Shown: one piece after another, positions 22,011 through 36,065 of the stretch
Layout: each line of letters starts with the position of its first letter
Position numbering within the stretch: the first letter of the stretch is position 1
Source of the DNA: Thalia democratica
Taxonomy: Eukaryota
Length of the DNA stretch: 64,000 nucleotides
Direction of reading: 5' to 3'
NCBI GenBank assembly: GCA_965202585.1
Contig: OZ241826.1
Location: 27,280,001 to 27,344,000, forward strand
Made by a program: the position numbers and the translations under genes
The notes under the pieces: model-generated
What the model was told of the DNA's origin: nothing
Database searches by the model: none
Seen by the model: the letters and a program-made list of their open reading frames with translations, nothing else

Positions 22011-23260
22011 CCATCCAGTTTATTATACAAAAATTAAATCAAGTCCGCTTATTTTTTGCTTATTACTGTCAGTTTATTTCAATGTAACTAAGCTTAAATT
22101 TATTATTTTATTTTGTCTTTATTTTATTTCGATCAAATTTTAAGAAATTGAAATAAAAATTCCATGTTGCATGGGTTCTTTGTAAGCACAAAACAACTTT
22201 AGATACCAGATTTTAAAAACTAATGTTTGTAAATACATTTTAATCATTCTACAGCTTATTGTCATGTCTAAAGTAAGTAAAATCTCTTCTGAATTTGTTT
22301 AAACCCTAAAAGTTGTTTTTTTTATTTCTAAAAGTGTTGTTCATCAACAAAATTGGCTGTTAAGGAAAAAAAAATATTTAAACCAAATTAACTTAATATA
22401 ATTCAGAATCTAGTTTGAAATTTGTCCTAAGATTTCATAGAAACTTAAATTAACCTGATTATAAAAAGCTATATTGATTCAGACTTTGGAAATAAAAGAT
22501 GTCATAAGTTTTAATTTTTTTAATTTAAAAGCTATGTACACAGTTATGTATATTTTTTTTCATTTTTAGTTAGTTGTAAAAACTTTTTTTACAGTAAATT
22601 TAGTGTTAACCTTCACTGTAGGCCTTGTGTTTATAGAGGAAGGGTAGTTTTTTTTCCACAAAAAGGCAGAGGAGAAGTAGAGTGAAGATTCTCTTGCAAA
22701 AATAGAAGAGAAAGTGGAACATTATAAAATATTGCAATTGATAACTGATTAAATTAATAATTGTTTTTAAGTTAAAGCTTTTGTTCATCCAAGCGTTTAA
22801 GAGAAAGCTTGAAAGGTCACGTGTTTTACTGATGCAAGTTTGCATTAGCATACAATAGCCATCAATAGCTATATATTAATACTTAATTGTTGTAGAGGAG
22901 AACATTATAGACACCCTTACTGCTGCTTCAACTTTGTTTAAGTAGAAATTTGTTTTTTTTGTTATTAAAAGTAATCTTTATTTATATTGTTGTTTTTTAT
23001 TTACAGTAAAAATTTTCAAATAAAATTATTCATTTTAAAGCATATAAAACATAGATTTAATTAAAATTATTTTTTTTTATTCTAGCTAAAATTGTATTCT
23101 AAAGTTGTTGATTTTTATTTATTTGTTAGTGTTTGTATCTGTTCTTTGTATATATATGTTTACTCATGACATGCCTAGTTTTATATACAGTAGCACTAAG
23201 TATTTTTTATTTTAGTTTTTAGTTTCCTAAATGTTTTTATCTATTTATTGTGGTATGGGT

Positions 23261-24690
23261 CAGGGTTGCCATTTTACCTGGAAACCTGGTAAATCCTTAG
23301 GCAAATAAAACCAGAAATTTGAAATATTTTGAGAAAAATCTGTATTTTTGAACAATAATCACTGGACAAATCTGTAATTTTAACAATTTTAACATTAATG
23401 AATAGTAAAATTTAAATTTGATTCAAAAATCAAATAGATAAAAAGTTTTTGTCATCATCAAGAATTATTTTTATAAATAATACATTTAAAGTAGCTTTAT
23501 AGTATATTTTTAGTGTTTTTATATTATTTAACACAGTTTCTTACCTTAAACTTAACTTTAAACTAAAAATAGACCCAAAAATGTGTACTTTACAAACTTA
23601 GACAAAATTTGGAAAAATTGGAAAAAAATTTTTGACAGGGTTGCTACAAGGTCAGGAAATTAGGAAAAGTCAGGAAAATTGGGGTTTTTGGAAAAAAGTG
23701 AGGAAATGTTAGGAAAATTGATAAAAATGAAACAATAGTCAGATTTTTAGATTTACAAAATTCCTTCATTTTAAAAATCCTTCAAATGGTAAAAGAGTTA
23801 ATTAAAATGCCTTTGAAGTCAGAAAAAAATTGCAAAATTCTGCTGGTAATTATCAAAATTATTCAGATTTCATTGTGTTTATATGGTATAAACTAATAAA
23901 GTATCCTTTATATAGTTGCAAAAATTTTCTTTAAACATATTGAACTAGCAGATTTTGTAACCTTTTTAATTTTGATGATCTGTAGCAAGGACACTTCCAA
24001 AGTGAAACTGTGATATTTACACATAAGATAATTTAGCATAATATTAGAATCAAAGTGTTTTTTCTTCTAGTAAATAATTGAGCTCTTTATAAATAAGCAG
24101 TTAGTTTAGTATATTATGTAACAACTCAATGTGTATACTTTACCTCTTTATAATTTTTTGTAAGTTGTTTAAATTTTTAAATTAAGTTATAAGAGAGATA
24201 TATGCCATTATTCAGATTACTTATCTGTAATTTTTGTAGAATAACTTAAGTTTAAATACAAATAAGAGTAGATTTATTTGTTACAGATTTTATGCTAAAT
24301 GGTAGGAGGAAATATTTTATACAAAGATAAATAGTTTATTTTTTTATGTATTTTATAACTGTTACTTAAGTTTATATGTTAAAGATGATAAAAAAAATGT
24401 TTCTATTTTCAGACAAGCTGTATTTGTAAGGTAATAATAACAATATTTTGCTGATAGGTCAGTTTATTGCAAACACATTACTCATACACAAATGGTTCAA
24501 GTGATCTAATGGAAGTTTGATCATTGAATTCAGCAAAAAAGAAAACTTTTGTTGTAACCTGTATTAAAAATAGATTAAAAACTTCACATAGTTTCAAGTG
24601 CTTGACTATGTATTTTAGAATAAGGTTAAATTAAGAGTTTGAGTTAGAAAAGTCAGGAAATTTTTCTCGGCTTGATCTGTGGCAACCCTG
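23261..24690. mobile_element. Old composite element bounded by CAGGGTTGC(C) termini (hAT-like); relatives at ~33602-34450 and ~57845-59270 (inverted)
   Basis: CAGGGTTGCC at 23261, internal CAGGGTTGCT at 23636, GGCAACCCTG ending 24690; same arrangement on the opposite strand at 57845-59270. No clean TSD found. Confidence 0.55.
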
Positions 24691-27600
24691 TTTTGTAAAA
24701 AAAGAGGAAACCCTGTATGGACGTAAAACACACTATAACCATACATATCCTTGTAGGTTACTGGATCATAAATCATGTTTGCTAATCGTCTGTCTACTTT
24801 TGTTTAAGGAATTAATAATATTTGTCATTTAACAACAAAAAACATTCATTCAAATCTGATTTTTTTGATTAATGTAACAGTAATTAAGTCTCATTGCAGC
24901 ATTAGCTCCTAATGTTTTTACTATAAGTCTTAAGTCCCTAATAACATAGCTGGTAAACCGTCGATATTAATTTTTCAACGAGCTAAATACTTTTTTATTT
25001 AACTTTTGAGCTTAACGTTTAAAGCCTGAATATCACTGCCTTATTACTTTGTGATATGTCGTGTATAAAAAATCCGCTATATTTTTCATAAGTTTAATCT
25101 AAATAGCAATTTTATAAGTAACTTTACTGTGCTAATTTAACAACATCATTTTGTCTTATTTTTTTGTCTTATAAGCCCTATTTGTAAGATACTTTTTAAA
25201 GTTCGTTTAATTTGAGTTTTTCTAGTTTTTAAGCTAGTTTTTTTGATTTAAGAGTTTTTTAAGAATAATGACTCTTTTGAATATTTAGTCTTTTTATCAT
25301 TAGTACTTTATTTTAGGACTTTAGTAAAAGTTACATGTATTACAGCTCTTGGCTCTATGTACTACACTCTAACTACAGTGTTTATCTTATTAAAAACTCA
25401 AGCTAGTTTTGGGTTAATAAGGATGACTTTATTGCTTAAAAGAAAATTTTTTGGCAAAACTGTATTATGTAACTTTGTTGTATTACAATAAATGAAGCTT
25501 TATTATATAACTAAATATCTAAAATGATTATAAAAACTATGACAGCCTTCATTTCAAAGAATATAAAGAACGTTCCTACGAGCTTTATAAAAGTGAACCC
25601 ACCCTTGACCCTGATCTAATAAAAATTGCCTAAGTGTTTAAAGTAAGGACGAATCTCAGTCAACAAATTCTCTTGAAACATATTTCTGTTTGGTTGTTTG
25701 ATGAAAATATAAACTGTTAGTCTTAACTATCACAATCAGCAATTTACGATAGTTGCTGAACAATAGCAAACTAAAGATTAAAGTTTTAAGGTTTAAAAAT
25801 TATTTTAGAAAAGTATTCTAAAACTTAAGTTTAGCTATATAAGTTTTCTTTTAATTCATAAAAAGTAATAATTGAACTTTAAAGAAAACAATAACAATAA
25901 TATTGTTAAAAAACTTAATTAAATGTTTTAAAAATACTTGCTTTTTATTAACAGAAAACCATTTGTGAAATTTTAATAAAATATTAAAACTAACAGTATT
26001 ACTTTCTGTTAAACAGACTTGTGGTTGCCAAAGTCTCAATTAAATAACAAATTAAGAGTAATACACCGGTATTTAATTTAAAATTATCAAACGAAAGCTT
26101 TAGAAACAGATTTTTTCCTATCTAGGTTCAACAACAACTGTGGTCACAAATCGCTCGCCGACCAAGGTAGTAAATTATTGACCGGGCTACCATTATGTTT
26201 AAAAAATCAAAGTTATTTAGGAGGGTTCAAGGATGAACTTAGAAATTATTAATTAAGTAGTGATTATTTGAGTCATAAGTCATAATTGATTCTTGTTTAT
26301 TTACTTTTGTTTAAGGGTTAATAAGATTTGTCATTTAATATACTAAAATTTTGGTTCACAATCTGATTTGTTTGGTTACAATAACAGTGGTTAAGTCTAA
26401 GTTGAATCATTTTCTATTTGGCCAAAGTATTCATTATTTTCTAAGATAACTTTTGCAAATAACTTCAGAATATTTTTAACCTATTTTTTTAGTATGTCTA
26501 TGCAAAAAATTAATTAATAGAGGTACTGAGTTATAGATGGGTAACAGTCTTTCAAACTGATCACGTGACCTTTCGAGCTTTCTCTTAAACGCTTGGATGA
26601 ATAAAAATTTTAACTTAAAGTTTTCCATTAAATTTAAACACTTGAGTTAAAGTTCTTGTTCATCCAAGCGTTTGAAAGAAAGCTAGCGCAATATATAAAT
26701 ACTCATTTGCTGCAGTTAACATGTAATTACAGAATAAACATTTATATTTCTTATTTTTTTTATTTTTTAGTTTTTTGTTTAAGGATGTTTTCTTTTCATA
26801 AGTACGATTTATAACTTTAAGTTCAAACAGTTGTTTCTCACTTTCTAAGTAAAACTATCTAAAAGTATAGATTTTTTTTATTTTATTTTTCCTTGAAGGT
26901 TTTAATAATATGGAAATAGTTTCTAAAATATAAGATTTTTTATATTGTACATGGTTCTTATATTTGCTAGTTTTTGCAACTTTTCTTTTATACTATATGT
27001 TCATTCATTATCATGTCTGGTTTCATATAGATGGACTTAAATATTTTTTAGTATTAGTGTTAGTGGGGAAAATATATTTTTTTTTTATTATGGTTTTCTA
27101 GTATAGGTTTAAAGTATACTTTACCCATAGAACTGTCTTAAGTAACCTACACAACATTTCGGTTAAATTCGGCGTCCTCCAGAAAAGAATCACCAGTCTT
27201 TTAGGTAATAGTTACACCAAGACAGTATTTTACCAAAACATGTTTTACTTGTATATTACTTTTAGTTTTAAGGCAGCATTTATCACACTTTTATATGACA
27301 TATTTAATTGTTTGCAATTTTAGTTTTATAGTGCATTTTATTTAATAATAAACGAAGACAAATCTTACAATAAAACTTGCATTTTTTTAAAGAAGCAATA
27401 CTCACATCTACTTTTTGCCCTTTTAAAAAGCCTTTGAGATAAAACCATAACCAAAAAGAACTAAAACTAACAGGCAATAGAGGGTCATACTAAAAAAAAG
27501 TATCATAGTGGTATCAAATAATAAGTCACAGAAAGTTAATTACTAACTTTAAATCAACAAAGTCAAAATAAAACTGATAAATATAAGTTCAAATAATTAA

Positions 27601-30047
27601 AAGGATATTGACAATGTATAAGTACAAATAAGTTACAAAAAGTTGTGACCAATTATTATAAATGTGAGTCATATTATTATTATGTAAGGCTTTTAAACCT
27701 TTAAATTTATCAGTAACTAAGACAGCTAAGTCCAGTAACATGCTGAACATTTTATGAGTTTGTATTACAGGATATAGGCATAACACTTAAATAGTTGTTT
27801 TTGTGTTTTTTTAATTGTTTATCTGTTTTTCAAATGCTGCAATCTTTGTAGTAGGTAAAATTCAAACACATATTTAATATTATTTTTAAAGTTAAAGTGA
27901 AAAGTTAAAATTCAGGTAAAACCGAACGTAAAATTTCTTAGTTCTTTTATTTTCCGATATAAATTAAATGTTAAAAAAAAAAATTTTTGAGACCAAGCTA
28001 CATTTTGTATGTGCTATGTTTTAATTTGTTTATGAAGGAAGGATAGAGTTTAACTTCCAAAAAACGGCCGAGGAAGAATAGAGTGAAGATTTTTGTAACT
28101 TTGAAAGTGTAACAAAATATTAAACTTAGTTTGGTAACTGTCAAATTTAATGGAAAATTTTTAGTTAAAGTTCTTGTTTATCTTAGCGTTTAAGAGAAGG
28201 CTCGCTAGATTGCATGTTTTACTGATTCAAGATTATATTTTCATACTACAACCATATATAAATATTCATCAGTTGTAGAGGAGATCATTCTAGCCACGGC
28301 TTGCAACAGTATACATGTAGTTACAGAATAGAAATTCAAGTTGTTCAATTATTTTTTTAAAGCTTTTTGCTTAAAATTGTTTTGTTCACATAAGTATTTT
28401 TTATCATTTTAATTTTAAGCAGTTAATCATTTTCCCTATTTAAACATTCTCAAAGTATAGTTTTTTTAAATTTAAATTGTGTTAAAAGGTTTTAGAAACA
28501 TGCAAGTAGTTTCTGAATCATGATTTTTTTATATTGTACATGATTGTTAATGTTTTTGAGTCTCTGCATTTTTTCTTTAATAAAAAATAGTCCTTGGTTG
28601 TCCAACCTTTAATGAATAATAAAAAATAACTTTGAGTATTACTCCATATAAGTATTAATCAGATTATAGTTATTATTTATTATACTTTATACTTAAGTAC
28701 ACTATAACCTTTCAACTGTCTTTAATAATCCTCAAATTATGTCAGGTTACAGATGTACTTTCTAACAGAGTTAATTTGATAATGAGCTTGGATTTTCTGT
28801 TTCTAGTATACGTATAATAAATTCATTAATTTTTCTGAGAAGACCTTAACTTATTTTATTATGTCTTCAAATATCGTTTGTTTCTATTAAGTTACACTTT
28901 TAGGCTTATAAAACTATTCAAAAAAATGTAGTATATATTTAAAACAGAATGATTTTTTCTTAATAAGTACGGATTAATACATGCTATAGTACTTGATTTT
29001 GTATTTTGATTTATAAAAGTTAAGTTAATTTTATGGCTTATTTTACTTCTTTAAAATATTATGCAAACTATACTATATTTGCTTTGTTTAAAATAACAAA
29101 GCATTGAAACTAAATGTTTTAAATCTCTTTGAAAATCTAGCAAAAGTTGTTTGGTTTTGCCTGCCTGAAATCTTTATATATTTCCAGTTTCTTTCAAAGT
29201 AAACTGGCCTGGTTATCCTGAAATTTTTATAGATTTTATAAGTAAAAGCACTTTGGTTTTTCTTTAATTTAGTAGGATGGCTAACCACTGTTTTAGTCAA
29301 AAACACTGTATTGGGTCAACTTTGCTTTTTTGAAAATCATTAAGGTTTTGTACTTATAATTTGATAAAACCAAAAGAAACTAGGTTTTTAAACAAAATAG
29401 GTTTTAAAATAACAAAAAGTTGAATCTAAACTGTTTTATTCTTATTAAAATTCTAGCAAAAATTGTCTGAAATTCTAAAATATCTTATGTTGTGGCTCAT
29501 GTGGCCTGGGTCATCCTGAGATTTTCAAAGGACTTAAAATTTTCTCAGTATTTTAAAGTGATTGGCAAACCTGGTATAAATTAAATAAAATGCTACCAAA
29601 TCTTTTGCATTACTGGAAATGAAATTCTTTTTGTTAGTTTTTTTATAACTTAATTTAATTGTTAAATGATTTTAACTCCATGCCTTTTGAATAATTTTTT
29701 AGAAACCAGGTAGAATAGCCACCAAGCTATCGCTTTAAAGTAAAAAAAATTGTTACCATTCTGCATTATCTGATGGCTCTTAAAAACTTTTAATTTTTTT
29801 ATTTTCTATAAAGTTTGTTTTACATGACACAATCCTTTTTCACTCGACAAATGTAGTTTGTTTTTAAGGTTTAGCTTAGTTGATCATAAAATTTTATATC
29901 AGTTACTAAGCTTTATAAAAACAAATGTATACTTGATAATACAAATAACAAAGTTTGAACTGGTTTATAAAGAATTGTTGGTGCTTGAATACTTTGGGTA
30001 ATGCCTTAAACTTTCAAAAAAGATCTGTAGATGCTTTTTATACGAAC

Positions 30048-30192
30048 TAGTGATGTACCGGACTCACTATCCTAGTCCGGATCCGGCCGGAAGTTGCCAT
30101 TTTTCTCCGATATTTGGATCCGGCCGGATCTTGATATGAAAAAAAATTCCGGATCCGGCCGGGTTCTAATTTGAAAAAAAGTCCGGATCCGG
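30048..30192 (+). mobile_element. Orphan hAT (Ac-like) terminus with CCGGATCCGG subterminal repeats
   Basis: Starts TAGTGATG; four GGATCCGG-containing motifs; GC-rich island absent from the paralogous block at ~15060-15330. No matching other end seen. Confidence 0.55.
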
Positions 30193-33100
30193 GTGTGCAA
30201 AAGGGTGTGCAAAATTTGTTTAATGTTTTTAAGTACTTTGAGTAATGGTCTGTACTTTAAAAAAGCAAAATTAGATGTTTTTTTTAAGGAACTTTTTGTT
30301 TTAAAATTTTCGATACATTAGTTTCAAAAGGAGATGTATAAAATTGTTCATATTATAACAGATCTGCGAAATTCGAACAGTTTTTATAAAGAGTTGTATG
30401 TTTATAAGCAATTTACCTTATTTTATACCATTAGCCTGTTATTTAGACCTTTTGTAAACTTAAAATACTTTTTTTAAAGAAATATAAATTTTATAAAACT
30501 TTTTGTAAACAATGATTTAAATAAATTTTTAGTAAATTTTTGTTATAATTTAAAAAAATACTGAAACACATTTTCAGTTTGATTTCTCAGATATTTAACC
30601 ACAAATCCAGAATTGTTCCTTGCAATGTATCCACCTATTAGTTTAAGTTACCTAAAATTATACAAAATTCAGTGTATAATAAGACAATGTGGTTTTACTT
30701 TATTTTGTATGTTTCAAGGTAACTTAAATTAGTTGTTGTATACATTGCAAGAAACATTTCTGGATTTGTGGTTGTCTGAGCATCAAACTGAAAATAAATT
30801 TTATTTAATTAAAAAAATCTTAAGATTTTTTTTTTTCAAATTATTAGAATAGTTATACCTCAAACGTTAGAAAATATTCCATTTTATTTTAGAATATTAT
30901 TTTATGCTCAAAAAAGGTCTAAATTAAAGGCCAATGTTTGCTATAGTAACAAAAGTATTACAGTCCCCTTCGAGTATGGCCTCAACTATATTCAAATAAT
31001 ACTTATAAGTTTAATAACCAAGAAAAGCAGGATAAAAGAGATTTTTAGTCAATCTTTAAAAGTTTTAAACACCTAAGCAATTAAAAATATCATTTCCATA
31101 TGTTTGTCTGTAATGAACCTGCTGCGTTTACCTTTTCATATTTTGAAGATTTAATATGCAGTTTTCGTAATTAAAATGTATATACTTAAGTTTGTGTAAT
31201 CAAGCGCAATAAATCTCTCTAGTTACATTTGTTATTTTGATTGTGGTTTATAAGACATAGCAACTGAGAATTATACCTATATTATTGACTTAAAACTGCA
31301 CAAAAAACTTATTAATGAAGTTTTATTGTTCAAGTAAAAGAAAATTATTAACGAAACATGATTTGAAATCTACGCTAGATACTTTAGATGACGATGAGAA
31401 AAAAGTCTTGGAAATTTTTATTAGCAACTTTTTAAGAAACCTTGATAGAAGAGCCATATATTTTTTTAATTTTTTCAAAGGAGCACTTTTGACGAAATGT
31501 TCGGGAAACCCTGATTTAGATATTTTTTACTGTAATTATTACATCTTTTAGTGAAGAAGCAATAATTACATTTACCTTCTGCTGTTTTCTAAAGCCTTTA
31601 AAGTTTAACTATAACCAAAAGTAATAGAGAGTTATGAAGCCAACATGTATCGAAGGTTAATTTGAACAAAGTACCTTAGGGAGAAAAAATGAGTTTAAAA
31701 AGTGTTAACAGAGTTTTAGTCCTAATAAGTAACCTTTAGTTGGTGAAAAGTTTTAAGCTCTTAAAGTCGAAATAAAGCTGATAAATTTTATTCTACAAAA
31801 TTAAACTAGAACTGTCGTAACTTAAATCAAAAGAGTCAGAATTGAAATGTTAACTTTTAATTTCACTACGTCTAAATATTACTAACAAAGTTTAAGTCCA
31901 AAGAGCTAAAAAAGAACTGACAAATTTAAAGTCAACAGAAACAAAAAAGAACTTAAACAATTTTATACCATAAGTCACTGTAGAACATGTAAAAAAATAA
32001 TAAAATAGAATAAACAAAATGGTAGTCTAATCAATTAACACAAGTATTGAAAATGTATAAGTTACAAGTAATCACAAAAAATGGTGACCATTTTTAAGTC
32101 AAAGTTAGTCATATTAAATTTATGAAAGGTACTTAAATCTTAATAGCATAATAAAAACGATAAAAGTTATTAGTTGATAAGACAGCAATAACAAGTAACA
32201 CCCTAAGATATTCAGGAATTTCTGTCAAGGAAGTTAGCATGAAATTTAAATGTTATTGTTTTGTGTTTTTTATACTTATCTGTTTCAAATGCTGCAATGT
32301 TTATAGTAGGTTGTAACACACATTTAATACTATTTTTGAAATTAAAATAAAAAGTTTATGTAAAAAGATAAGTTTTTCTGGTTAAACACAATTAGTTTTT
32401 TTTTTTTATCAACAAAAAAAAAAATTAGAAATAAATTATAGCTAAATTTTTGAATTTTGTATATAATAAAAATTTTTTTGAATAACATTAGTCAATTTGA
32501 TTAAGTCAGATTATAAGCAATCTTAATATTCCAAAATAAACCAGAACTGTGGAAGCAGAAAGAAATTGACTGTAAGCCTTCCTTATTTTTTCAAAAGTGT
32601 CTTTGGTTAATTTGTTCACATACAAATTTCTTTGTTTGGTTTGGTAACAAAAAATGTTTGTTTTTTGTGTTAATAACTAATTGACATTTTTCATTGACTT
32701 TGTTGATTGGTTATTTACAGAAATCTTATTAATTAAGCAGCTTTCTAAAGTTGTTATTACTACTTTAAAAACTAATGTTCTATTTCAAATTTCTGCAGTA
32801 AGTTTCTGAAGAATTGCGGTGAAAATACATTAAAACTTTTGTGGAAAAACATTGACTGTTCTTTATGAAGGTATACAGTATAGTAAACTTATGTTTTTAA
32901 TGTTAAAAAAAAACATTAGTATTAGATTTTACCCCAAGTTATATTTTCATATGTGTTACTTTTTTTCCTTCTTTATAAAGGAAGGGTAGTGTTTATTTTC
33001 CAACAAAAAGGAAGAGGAGAAATAGAGTGATGATTCTCTTCGAAAAAAATGAAGAGGAAGTTGAACTGGAAATAAAATTTCATTTGATAACTGTTTAAAT

Positions 33101-36040
33101 TTAAAAATAGGTTTTTAAGCTGGAGCTCTTGTTCTTCCAAGCGTTTAAGTGAATGCTTGCAAGATCACGTGTTTTACTGATGCAAGTTTGCATTTGCATA
33201 CAATAGCCATATATTAATATTGTTTTATTGTAGAGAAATCATTCTAGACACCCTAACTGCTGCTAAAACTTTGTTCAGTAAAAGTTTGTGTTTTTTTATT
33301 CAGAGTAATTTTTTTTTCTAAACAATATTGATTTCTATATACAGTAAACGATTTATAATTTAATTATACATTTTAAAGTATCCTTATAAATTTGATATAA
33401 ATAAAATTTTTATACTCCAGTGAAAGTTAATTTCTAAAGTTTTTAATTTTCATAAATTTTTAAGTGTTTGTATCTGTTTTTGTGAAAGATATGTTTATTT
33501 ATGACATGCAAAGTTTTATATATAGTAGCACTAATTAACTTTAGTATAGCTTTAAGTTTCATAAATTTAATATTCTATATATTGTAGTTAATAGCGTGGG
33601 TCTGGGTTGCCATTTTGCCTGTAAAACTGGTAAAACCCGGAATTTTACAATTTAGGCAAAAAAAATCTGGAATTTGAGAAATTTTGAAAAATCCTTGAAT
33701 TTTAACATTAATTACTGAAAAAGCCTTGAATTTTAACAATTTTGATGTTACTAAGTAATAAATTTCGATTTGTCTCTGAAAATATAACAAATAGATAAAA
33801 AGGTTTTGTCATCATCAAGATTTTTTAAATATATTAAATGTAGCTTTAAAGTTTATTTTCAATGTATTTTTTTTATTTAACACAGTTTCTTACCTTAAAC
33901 TTAACTTTAAAAAAAAAAAACCCAAAATGTGTACTTTTAGAATCTTCGAAAAGTTTGGAAAACCAGGAAAAATTGCGACAGGGTTGCTACAACGTCAGGA
34001 AATAAAAGAAAGTCAGGGAAAAATAGGGGGTTTTGAAGAAAATTCTGGAAAAGTCCGGAGTATTGAAAAAATTTTTTAAAAGTCTGATTTTGTCAGTTTA
34101 AATTTACAAAATTCCAAATTTTTTAAAGCCTTCAAGTGGTAATAAAATAGTTAAAAATCCTTTAAAGTGAGATTTAAGTTTCAAATTTTTCCTAGAAATT
34201 GACAAATTTTTTTAGTTCTCATTACACTCATCAGGTATAAATTAATAAAATATCCTTTATCTAATTATCATTATATTATAATTAATATTGTTATTAAATA
34301 TCCTAAAATTGTTATTTTTACCTGTATTAAAAAAACATTAAAAGCTTCATATTATTTCAAGTGTTAGATTATGTATTTTAGAATAAGTTTGAATTAAGAG
34401 TATCATTTAGAAAAGTCATGAAATGTCAGGAAGAAATTGAGGTTTTGAAAAAAAGTCAAGAAATGTCAAAAAAATTGACAAAAATAAAAGAAAGTCAGAA
34501 TTTATTATTATAAATTTACAAAATTTTTTACTTTACAAATCCTTCAAATAGTAATACAACAATAAATAGTAATAGTGAATTAACTATACAAATAAACTGT
34601 GAGCTGAGATTACTGTTTAAGTAAACTTATAATAAATAATATAGTTTTAAAGTAAACATAAAAGTATGTACTTTTTTTACATAACTTCAAATATTTTCTG
34701 CTTCTTTAAATAATTTTTTAGACTTAAATGTAATTTTAAGCTAAGGATTTTTTTACTCGATAAATGCGTAGTGTCTAGTGTTACATTATGTTATTTTTGT
34801 TTTATAACTTACAACAAATAAATTAAGTTTACTGAACAAATAATTTTTTGTGCATCATATCTTTGAACCAAACATTTTGAGCGTTTTTATTTGTATTTCA
34901 AAAAATTTTGTATGATTGTATTAACTTTTTTAATTTTTTTATGTTATATAATACTATATAAATTTTTTTTATGTTATTTAAAAATATATAATAGTTAGAT
35001 ATAAACTTGACTAAGTATTTCAATCAAAATATTATGTGAAAAATAAAAATTAAAAAATTTAACACTATATACTAATAATACTTAAAATCCTTCAGCTCAC
35101 AACAATTTTACTTTTAACTCATTAAAAAACATTGTGAGCTGTTTTCCTAATGTTTTCATGTTTGCTACAAATATTGTTTTTCTCGTTTTATGAATTAAAT
35201 CTAACTTGCATTTTAAATTGTAATTTTCAAATATTTTCCACTGAATTTTTTTTTAAGGTATAGGATTAAACTGAATTTTAATTTTTATGTTGTTAGAAAA
35301 GGTTTTCGGAACATCGTGAATAATATTTTTAAAGTAAACAGAAAACTATACTAACTTTCTTTTCATTCATTTTATTAGTTGTTTTATTTTTTTGATTTCA
35401 AAGTTCTAGTTTATACAATAATAGGTTTTATTTACTCGTAAGAAATTTTAAAAGCATGTGGTCGGATAACAAAATTTACAAGTTTTTTTAGTTTTATTAT
35501 CACTCTTACTACTAACCCTTACCCTTGATTGGTAACGTTGTTTTTTTTATAAACAAATAATTATTTTTTTTTTAATTAGTTTCATTTCTACTTCCGTGCA
35601 AAAATTACTTTTCGTACAGAAGTGTCTTAGTGCAAAATTGTCCCATCGTGCATATTTGACCCGTTTCCCCTTAGATCAAACACTTAATGTAATTTTTTAT
35701 CATTTTAAAAACATTATATAAATATAAAAGCAATAAGTAAGTTTAGTATTAAAAGCATTGTCTGTACATTAACTAATTACTTGGTTAGAAAAAATGAACT
35801 ATTTACATGAGTTAGATAGATTTACATTTAAGTGTAAAAAGCAGTCAAAGAATATTTATACACAGTTCTTCTAGAACCCAAACTATTTATAGTGGTTTTA
35901 GAAGTTTAAAATTATTTTATACCTATCTGAGATAAGTATTTATATATATATTTATTTTTGTTATTACTGTGTATTCGTTTATATAACATTACTTACATAT
36001 AACAAGAAAAAATTAGAAAGTTTTTTAAAATTAGAATTTA

Positions 36041-36046
36041 TTACAG
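36041..36046 (+). promoter_or_regulatory. Candidate 3' splice acceptor 19 nt upstream of the ART ATG (also at 56295-56300, minus)
   Basis: TTACAG|ATTATTTAGTAAAAACATC-ATG vs TTATAG|ATTATTTAGTAAATATATC-ATG; conservation between paralogs is strongest from this AG onward. Confidence 0.45.
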
Positions 36047-36065
36047 ATTATTTAGTAAAAACATC

